Notes under the pieces: model-generated | What the model was told of the DNA's origin: nothing | Database searches by the model: none | Seen by the model: the letters and a program-made list of their open reading frames with translations, nothing else | Translations under genes and position numbers: made by a program | NCBI RefSeq assembly: GCF_009914755.1 | Contig: NC_060925.1 | DNA from: the human T2T-CHM13v2.0 reference genome, Homo sapiens | DNA: 64,000 bases | Reading direction: 5' to 3' (one strand) | Shown here: positions 54,441-64,000 of the stretch, in pieces | Position numbering within the stretch: position 1 is the first letter of the stretch | How the letters are laid out: each line of letters starts with the position of its first letter

Positions 54441-57400
54441 TGTTCTCTCCGTTGCTCAGGATTTCCAGCAGCACAGGCTCACCAGAAATGTGGAGCTACA
54501 TTCCAGGAAACCTCTGAGAGGCCACACAAGCCACTCCTCTTTGAAAAACAGTGTCATTATCCCTGCAAAAGGAAGGGAGCAAAGTCAGGTGGCTCCCGAA
54601 CCATTAAGAACCCCATGGCATTGTCCTTTTGCTTGTGGCTTTTGTTTTGTTTTTTGTTTTTTTCTCAGCATGGATTTTTCCTTTCCTCATTTTTTTTTTC
54701 TTTTTGTCTCTGGCACCATGATAGGAAACTAGCCTGCTTTCTAGACCCATTATGGGTAAGTGACCCAGAAACCCAGGACGCTAACATGAAAATTGCAGGC
54801 TGGTGAGGAATCATGGGAAGACCCTGAGCTTGAGAAATCAATGGGCTTAGGTGTGGCTCCCGGCTCTGCCACTTACAAGCTACATGTTCTTGGTGAAATA
54901 CAGAAATGTACCTGGGCTTAAACTCCTCATCTGTAAAACAGGGATTAACAAAAGCCTACTGTGTTGGGTTGTTGTGCTGTCAGGGACACAGTGAAACCAA
55001 GTGTGTGGTTCTGGCTTTATGATGAGTATTTGATGAATAGCAGCAACTGTTAAGTGTTAAATGAAGAAGATTCTACTTCTGTGGGGAAGTGTACCTTTTT
55101 TTCCTTTCCATTTCATTTTTAGAAATGTGGATTTTGGTTGTGCACCACAATTTACTTTCCCTCTGCCTATTTTATGCAGAGGTATAGGGAGGTCACACTG
55201 ATTGATTTAAGAGGGCTTTGCCTGCATTGATAACAGTGTGGAATCATTTTGCAACAGACAGAATGTGGAATGCTATTTTTTCCCTACCGTGTGCTAGAGC
55301 GCATTTTTTTTTAACAATCTACCAGGCCCCTAAGCAGAGCGATTGACCCCTGTAGTCAATTGCATGGGAGCTCTGGTGAGGAGAGGAGAGCTCTAGTTAT
55401 GCTTTCCCCGCACCCGGGTCCTGCAGACCTCACATCTCTCTACACAGCTGGGGTGGGAAATTTTGACATTAGACTCCAAAGAGGCTTCTGTGCTTTTCAT
55501 AGCCCACATCCTGCTTCTCTGTAATTGGGTCTCCGGAAATGATTTCTGCAGACAGAGGGATTCTCTAAAATGTGCAGAATGAATGAGTGAATGATGAATG
55601 AATTATCCAATCTAGGATGAAAAGTGGACTCAGGAGAGATAGATGCAAAAACTTTATAAGTTCACACAGCTGAATTGGCCATTGATCTCTGGACTGAATT
55701 AGAGCTACTATCCAACTTCACCTGCATAATCTGTGCAAAGCTATTCCAAAGGGAGAGTGGTGAACAGCATGGGGCAGGGATCAAGTCTAGGTAGGTAGCT
55801 TTCCAGGGTACCTAGAGAAGCCAGGGTCCAACCAGGGAAAGATAATTCACTCTAAATATTTAAAACAGAAGGAATTTAATTTGAGAACTTGGTCACCCAG
55901 GTTTGAAGGGGGAGAGGCAGAGGGAGGAGTCTGAGAGGGATGTGGTTTTATTCAACGTTTAAAACTGAGAACTGCCTGTATAGTCCCATGTGGGCCACGT
56001 AGAAAGGCCTGGGAAGCAAGAAACTTGGCCTTTATTATGGTAGCAGCTGTGGCAAAGCCAGGCTGGTTTTCCCTTGGACTGCGGTGACCTAAGCTGAATA
56101 GAGGCTTCCTTGTGGATGTGGTAGGGTTGCAATGATCACAAACCAGGGTCAGAAGTGCAGCGGCATCATCAACCATGCAGAAGCCCAGACCCAGAATCAA
56201 CCCATAGCACCCTCACAAGTCCCCGTGTCCTCCAGCACGCAGTAATGACTAGGTATTCTAAAAGCCAGATATACATGGATTGCCCAAATCAACCAACTTG
56301 TAGGCTTTGCCAGCCCTGAATCCTGACAAAAATGGGTGAGCTGAAAAGCCCATTCAAACTTCACAACTGCCATCCTGCAAGCCAAATCATTAAGCAGAAA
56401 TGAGTGGAGCTATTTTGATTAAATTGGCCAGAAAAAGTAGAAGCCAAGCTCTCGTTTGCAAGGAAGCTTTGATAATTCAGTGAACTGAGTATTCAGAATG
56501 TTCTTCTTTTTTGAGTATTCTCATTCAGCATCAGGGCAGCCTTCATGGTCAGGCACAGACGTATTGCTTGACAAGCAGGCTTATCTCAGAGAAAACTCCA
56601 GGGAAGAAAGCGACCCAGAACCCATTCTGTCCTCTCTTCCAGGCTACAGTTTGGGCAGGCTTTGCATGTGCACAGAGTGACCTGCCTCTCATTCCAGCCT
56701 CATCTCTGTGTGGTAATGACTCCTAATGAGCACACTAATAAAGCCTCAGGTGTTATCTAGATTCAAAGGGGAAAGCAATTTAAATGCAAATAAATATGAA
56801 CATCTTTGTATCTTACAGATTAATGAATGTCGTGGGAAGAAAACATATGACAATTATGAGCAGAAACAGTCCCAGAGAGTGAAAAATGATGTGAGAAGGT
56901 CATAAAATACTTTCCCTCAACTTCTGCCAGGGCATCAACCAAGACAGCTTGTGTAGCTATTACTTAATGTATCCTTCAAGCTCTGACAAATGAGTCAAAT
57001 AGCCCTTGGTCATCTGTCCCAAAGCTTAACAGCTGGAACAGTCTTCCTGGTATCTACCTGCATTCTCCTTTTCAATAACTGGGATAGATTTTCTTGCTGT
57101 ATTTACGGTGCATGTGACAGCATAGTGATAGTGGATCATGGCTGTTGTTGATTTCTGAACACTTAGCCACATATCTACCTTTTTGTGATAGTTGGCAAGC
57201 CATCTGATATACAAAAAGGATGGGCTTGGGGGCCGTAATATTAGAATTCATTCTTTTACTCATATTGTCATTTTAAAATCCACAATGCTTTGTAAGTAAA
57301 TGAGTAGCATTTGAGTGAGTGAGGCTTTTGCAGAGGGAAGCCTCAATACCTGTAACCAAGGTGTTCTTAATACCTTTAATCAGGATTTCTAAACTTCGAT

Positions 57401-57676
57401 TTACACTAAGTCTTCAGGAAAATGCTAGGAAGCACCCTGTGTCTGTCCGCAGAAGCCAAAAGTGAGCTAGAGGCTAGGACTTACTACACTCTGAACATCT
57501 GGGGAGTAATTGAGGAAATCTGTCAAATGTCAGTATTCCCTGAGCTTTCCAATGTTGGGTACCAGGGCTTGTTGCCACATTTTCCTTTGGCAGAACAAAG
57601 TTTGGGGATGGTAAACTGTAGACCTAGCCCCAATATCAGAGAGCCTCCTTTTCATTTTCTGTGATATGAAAATTAG

Positions 57677-58086
<410 letters not shown>

Positions 58087-58189
58087 CTGGCATCTTTTCT
58101 CTGAAGTTCTGCAAAGTTGGAGCAGTAGGTAGATGTGAACTGTTCTACTGAGCTAGTCTCTGGGTTATCTCCAGTGTTCGAGGATAGTC

Positions 58190-58645
58190 ATCATGGTAGA
58201 CCCTGAAAGATGCATCTCCCACCTCTGGCCACATTGCTCCTTTCATCAAAGCGTGAAATCGATTTCTGCTCCCTTTGAATCTGTGCTGGCCTTGTGACTT
58301 GTTTGGCTGATAAAATGGGATGCAAGCAATTCAATTGTTATCCTCTTGGAACCCGTCCTTGGTGCTCTTAGGAAGTCAGTCTAGACTACTGGGCATGTGA
58401 GGGGAATTGAAACATCTACGTTAATGGCCAGCATCAACTGTAGCCGCATGAATGAGGCCATCTTGGATGTTCCACCCCCAGCCAAGTTCCCAGCTAAGTA
58501 CAGCCACGTGAGTGCCCCAGCTAGCACCATGCAGAGCAGCACTACCTAGCTGAGCCAAGAAACGCACAGAATCAATAGAAATAATACATTATTATCATGT
58601 GAGGCTATGGAGTTTAGGGGTGGTTAATTATGCAGCCATAAATAG
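58190..58645 (+). mobile_element. MaLR LTR (MLT1G/H-like)
   Basis: tgctccctttgaatctgtgctggccttgtgacttg...gaggccatcttggatgttcca...ggtggttaattatgcagc. Confidence 0.7.
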
Positions 58646-59333
58646 TCACGTAGTCCGGATGCTTAGTGATGTAAAACATGCAGGATTTGCCTTATGCGCA
58701 AGTGACAGAGGAAGGGCCCATCCACTTCAATTGACAAATGATCAGGAGATAAGAATTTCCTCAGAGACTCTTAACCAGATTGTTACTGTGCTTAATATGG
58801 CAGCATCAGGGACTGATTCCATTGGGCACACCATTATCTCTTCCCTTTAGTCTTCTTTTAAAATGTAAATGTAACCCACATGGATGTAACGAAAAGAAAA
58901 AAATTCAAGGAGTCGAAATTCCTAAAGAGAGCATTTTTCCTAGAGTGGCAGTACTCTAAACATAGGCCACAGTTTTGGATATTAAGGATGATACTTGTCC
59001 TGATGTAAAGAGAGAGGGAGAAATATTTAAAAGGAAAAATTGGAAAAGAAAAAAGAGAATGGGACTGGGAGAAAGTTTTCCCCAAGTCTGTTATCTTTCC
59101 AACCCAAACCAGTGTGACAAAGAGCATCTCCCAGCATTCTGAGAGTGGCAGTTACAGGAATCCTGAGACCCCAGTGCCAAGCTATGATAACATGCACAGG
59201 GTGAAGCCAGGTCTATCATCTGACAGCCTGGGTGGGTTGTAAGGAAAGAAAGATGAGATGAGGGATTGACATGATCCAGTCACTGATTTTTAGCCAACAG
59301 CCAGGGTGTTATCTTTTGAAGATGGGAATATAA

Positions 59334-59658
<325 letters not shown>

Positions 59659-60969
59659 TAAAATGAATTTTTAAAGAATTGTGGCCAAGATAAAGAGTTG
59701 TAAAGACTCATGGAAAAAAATAGGTTGCTATGAAAACATCATTTCTCAAAGGATAGCCTGTAAAACACTAGTCCTACAAGTAGCTTCCTCTTAAAAACAG
59801 CCTACGGTCCAGTACATTTGGGAAAACCTCCCTAACGCACACTGTCACCCCCTTGCAGAATGATAGCACACATCGCATACAAGGGTTCCGAGCTGGTCTA
59901 GAGCAAGGAAGTCTTCTCAGCTTTGTTAAACACACGATTTCACAGATGTTTTGTTGATTATGAGAGTTACTCCCCACTTACCTGCCATCGACTGTCAAGC
60001 AGAAAGGAAAAATTGCTTTTGTATGGAAGGAAATATCATTTTAAAAGCCCCGGTCCTGAAAAGAATTAGTCTATGATAATTGTTCTCAGGTCTGTCTCTC
60101 TGCAAAACATCCAACAGTGGCCAGCCCATTTATCCACCTGCATAGGTTGTTTAGGCAGGACTAGGAGATTAATAAAGAAGACGGTGTAAATTCAGCCTCC
60201 TGGTCTACATAGAATCCCCCCATCGTCTCTATTAGAGACTCATATATAGCTAAATAAATGTCACACTTGGATTATTTCCTCTGTTCTGCTCAGTAGTCCT
60301 GAAGATAAGGAAACATTCTTTCCGACATAATAAGCCATCAAAATACATTTATAACAAATCCCAGGTACACCAAAGTTATCTGTGTTGCCGACAATGGGCT
60401 TTCTTCCCGCCTGTCTCTTTCATTATGTTCCCAACAAAGGAGGTTCACTATTACTCTTGTCCTGGCAAAAGACAGTACTTCGGCCCTTGGAGCTCTGACA
60501 ATTGTACTCAACCCATTTAATTACTTCCAGTACAGGCACACGCTTTATTAACAGAGCCAGGATCAGCAGGGGCTTCTTTGGGTCACGGAAAGGAGAGTTA
60601 ATTGAGACTTATTTATAAGGATCTATGCACACACCAAGGGGACAGCAGCAGTGGCTATATTTTCTTCCTTGTGTATGAGGTCTAGGAATCAAAACCCAAA
60701 GAGCCTCCAGAATAGTTGACAAGGCAAAAAACAAACAAACAACAACAACACAGAAATGAGAGTGAAATGAGCTGTTGCTCATTGTTTACATGTTGAGAAA
60801 ATTAAAAATTCCTCCAGACCCAGATGCACAGCCAACTTGTGCCTTCCAACCCCACAACTGCCCTCTCCAGCTCCTGCCTTGCACCCCAAACCAGCCCTCA
60901 GGACTACACTCAAAAAACAACAAATGAACAAACAAAAGCCCCAACTTTCCTCATGTTAAAATGTTAACT

Positions 60970-61284
60970 GGCTGGGCACGGTGGCTCATGCCTGCCTGTA
61001 ATCCCAGCATTTTGTGAGGCGGAGGTGGGAGGATTACTTAAGCCCAGAAGTTAGAGATCAGCCTGGGCAACATAGTGAGACCTCATCTCTACAAAAAAAA
61101 TTAAAAAATGGCCAGGCATGGTGATGCATGCCTGCAGTCCCAGCTAACCTATGGTCCCAGCTACTCAGGAGGCTGAAGCAGGAGGATCGCTTGAGCCTGG
61201 GAGGGTGAGGCTGCAGTGAGCAATGATTGTGCTACTGCTCTCCAGCCTGGGTGACAGAGTGAGACCCTGTCTCAAAAATAAAAT
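60970..61284 (+). mobile_element. Alu (AluJ)
   Basis: AluJ-type motifs (ggaggatcgcttgagcc, gaggctgcagtgag); TSD ATGTTAACT at 60961-60969 and 61285-61293. Confidence 0.93.
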
Positions 61285-62999
61285 ATGTTAACTGTTGTAG
61301 TGAAAGTTGTCCTCATATCTGTGTTTTGCAGAAGAGTATCTTTGGGCTCTGTAGTTGATCCTCGACTTTCAACCTTCTTGTAAGAGGCCTCACCAGGAGC
61401 TCAGCTCTTCACACCCTAATGGTACCTTCACTGCTGCTTTGTGGTAGCCCCAACCTCCTAGACATACATATATAGAGGGAACCCCCAAGGCTCCTTGCAC
61501 CTCTAAATATTGTAACTAAAGGAAGTCCTAGTTGTAAAGTCAGTATTTAAGGCCTCACCTTCAAAGTCTCTGAAAATACCCTGTGTATCTCCTATGTTGT
61601 AGAGAGGCTGTCACCACAGACTCAGATAAACTGTAAGGTGAATCATTGGAGATCCATTCATCTTTGATCTTTTGAGCTCTGTCCAGGACACTTGGATGGT
61701 AGCTGACCCAACATGACCAGAGGAAATGTGGGGAGGAGGGTAAGGGGGTTGAATCTGGACATGGTTTCCTTGCTATTCAAGCAAAGATAGTTTAAAATTA
61801 GAAGGATGAGCTCAGGGAGGTCACAGCTATTTAATTCAAATTTATTTTTTCAGTTAAAATACCTTTCTTATACATTCTTATATTGCTTTTTTCATTGTAA
61901 GTTGCAATGAGAAAAGATCTAATAGTTCAGAGGTCTGGATAAACATACAAAAAAGTTCAGAGCTTGTCCAAATTGTATCTGACGGCCTAATTAGGACACC
62001 ACGTGACTTGGTTGGGGGTTGTGTCATGAGGAACAGGGCGTCAGACACTCATTGCTACAAATACTATTTTTCTTCAGTGATAGCCATTCACCCACTTCAT
62101 GTCAGGTCAGGGAATTAGAGCAAAAGGAATTCTGGCAATTCCAGAAAGCCTTTCTCCCAATTAGTAGAGTAAATTATGCTGGGTACTAGGACTTTGCTCC
62201 CCCAGCCTAGGGGAATGCAGGGGCAGAGACTGAGGCCTGGATGTGAGTCCTCACTCCTCTGCCTCCCCACCATGCAGGGGCCCCTCCCCCTACCTTTATG
62301 GACTCATGGAGGCTCTAGCTGCCATGCCTCAGCAGACCACGCTGTGGGCCCCTCAGGGATCCCCATAGCTGGGGGAATATCCTGTGTGGAGGGAGGAAGA
62401 GCCTAAGAAGAAATGGGTGCGATGCAAATTTATTCGTTCAAAAAATATAGGAATCTCCACCATGTGCAAGACACTGTATCAGCTATCATAAGAGATACAG
62501 AACGATGACAAGGTCGCTGCCCACGAGGAACTTACAATCTATTGGAAGCAGCTTAATACCAATAGGAGGTAGTGGTATTAAGCCATATACATAAGTAAGC
62601 ACACCTGCATTATGTGGTAGGAAGAAAGAATGAACTTGTTCCGTGTCAACCCAGGTTTGGGTCCTAGGCTAGCTTTGATGAGCTGTGTCTCTGCCAGAGA
62701 GTTCCCCAAACTTTCTCAACCTTGGTTTCCCGTAAGTCAAAATTAAGAGGAAAAAAACTCATTTTTTTCCAGATTTTGTTGCATATTAAATGATACGGAA
62801 AGCACCTGGTCCCTGCACTGACCCAATCAGGTAGTTTCCTGATGTTGATATTGGGCCCTGTGAACTATGCAGTGTCTCTCTGAAATCATTTATGGTCCTT
62901 GAAAGGGAAAAAAGAAAAAAACCCATTCTATCTTCATGGCCCAAGGATCTCTTAAACGAGGTATGGAAGTAAAAAAAAAAAAAACAGGAATGCAAATTA

Positions 63000-63220
63000 C
63001 TTACTTAACATTTATTAAACATTTAATATATGCAAGATTCTGTGTTAAATGCTTTTCGGATATGATCTCATTTAATCTGTACACCATGTAAGGAAGGCAC
63101 TTTAAAAAATCCTCAATTTACAGATGAGGTACCTGAAGACCAGAGGGGTTAACTCTCATTAAGTCCACACTGGATCCAAACAAGCACCCTTTTGACCCAG
63201 GAGCCTGTGCTATCTACTTG
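63000..63220 (-). mobile_element. MIR SINE
   Basis: atctcatttaatc...aatttacagatgaggtacctgaagaccagag. Confidence 0.65.
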
Positions 63221-63494
63221 CTGCCTACTTGTTTCTCTGAGGTCTCGACCACAGAAGGATCTAGCTGGACAGCAATAGGTCTCGGAAGTCTGTCCCCACC
63301 AGCAATGGGGCTGGCCTCACTCAGACAGCCCTGGGGATATCAACAGCCTTGAAAGTCCCAGGACTTGTATTGGCAAAGTGATGCTCTGGTGACCTGGGAT
63401 TGCTGCTACAGTGAAAAGCTATGACTAGCTATAAGGCACACATAAGACATTGCCCTGCCTCCTGTTTCCTCTGCACTATGGGATGTGCTTTTCA

Positions 63495-63643
63495 GGCTGG
63501 GTGAGGTGGCTCATGCCTGTGATCCCATCACTTTGGGAGGCTGAAGAGGGTGGATTGCATGAGCCCAGGAGTTTGAGACCAACCTGGGCAACACGACAAA
63601 ACCCCATCTCTATAATAAAGACAAAAAATAATTTAACAAAAAA
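63495..63643 (+). mobile_element. Alu monomer (FLAM-like)
   Basis: Single monomer with A-rich tail; TGCTTTTCA on both sides as TSD. Confidence 0.85.
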
Positions 63644-64000
63644 GATGCTTTTCAGAAACCATGGCTGTATAGAAATATCATTCCGAATGCTTGCAAAAGA
63701 CCCAGTCATTGAGTGGCAGCCTTAACTCTCTTCTTTAGAAACTCAGTTTTTCATCTGAGTTTGTTTCTTTCTGTGGGCAGACCATGTTGCTGGTCCCATT
63801 GCTTTGGCTGATGAGTTCAATTATTTCCTGAATCAACTCCAGCCCATTGTTTTCAGACTGCTTCATGGTCATGGAACTTTGATCATAACACTAGTAAATG
63901 TGTTCCTTTCGCCCTGGCAAGGCAGGCTTACATATGAAATGATAGCATAACCTCACATCCTAGTGCAGGGGAGAACTTCAATCACTGTACTGCCATCTTC

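Overview
Human genomic DNA (Alu/L1/MIR/MaLR-rich), recognisable as the 5' half of the DUSP10 (MKP-5, MAP kinase phosphatase 5) locus on the minus strand. The window holds non-coding exon 1 (~13813-13920), coding exon 2 (10766-11619; ATG at 11576, 811 coding nt covering the N-terminal region and the rhodanese/CH2 MAPK-binding domain), intron 1, 10.8 kb of intron 2, a CpG-island promoter (~13950-15360) and ~48 kb of upstream, repeat-rich sequence with no recognisable protein-coding gene. The catalytic exons lie outside the window, below position 1. All other ORFs in the track are explained by Alu/L1/LTR sequence, microsatellites or CpG-island GC bias. I found no convincing wholly new multi-gene system. 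The most interesting sequence-level observations are: (1) a leader packed with six upstream AUGs, one of which spans the splice junction and is in frame with the CDS; (2) a polyadenylated, apparently L1-retroposed MER41 LTR fragment that keeps tandem STAT (GAS) motifs ~34.6 kb upstream; (3) an Alu whose left arm is internally inverted; (4) a multi-layer transposon nest that includes a precisely deleted MADE1; (5) a candidate intronic promoter with NF-kB sites; (6) a read-through tail that could give a phosphatase-less, hydrophobic-tailed DUSP10 decoy. Repeat subfamily calls were made by eye from remembered consensus sequences, and boundaries of old repeats are approximate.
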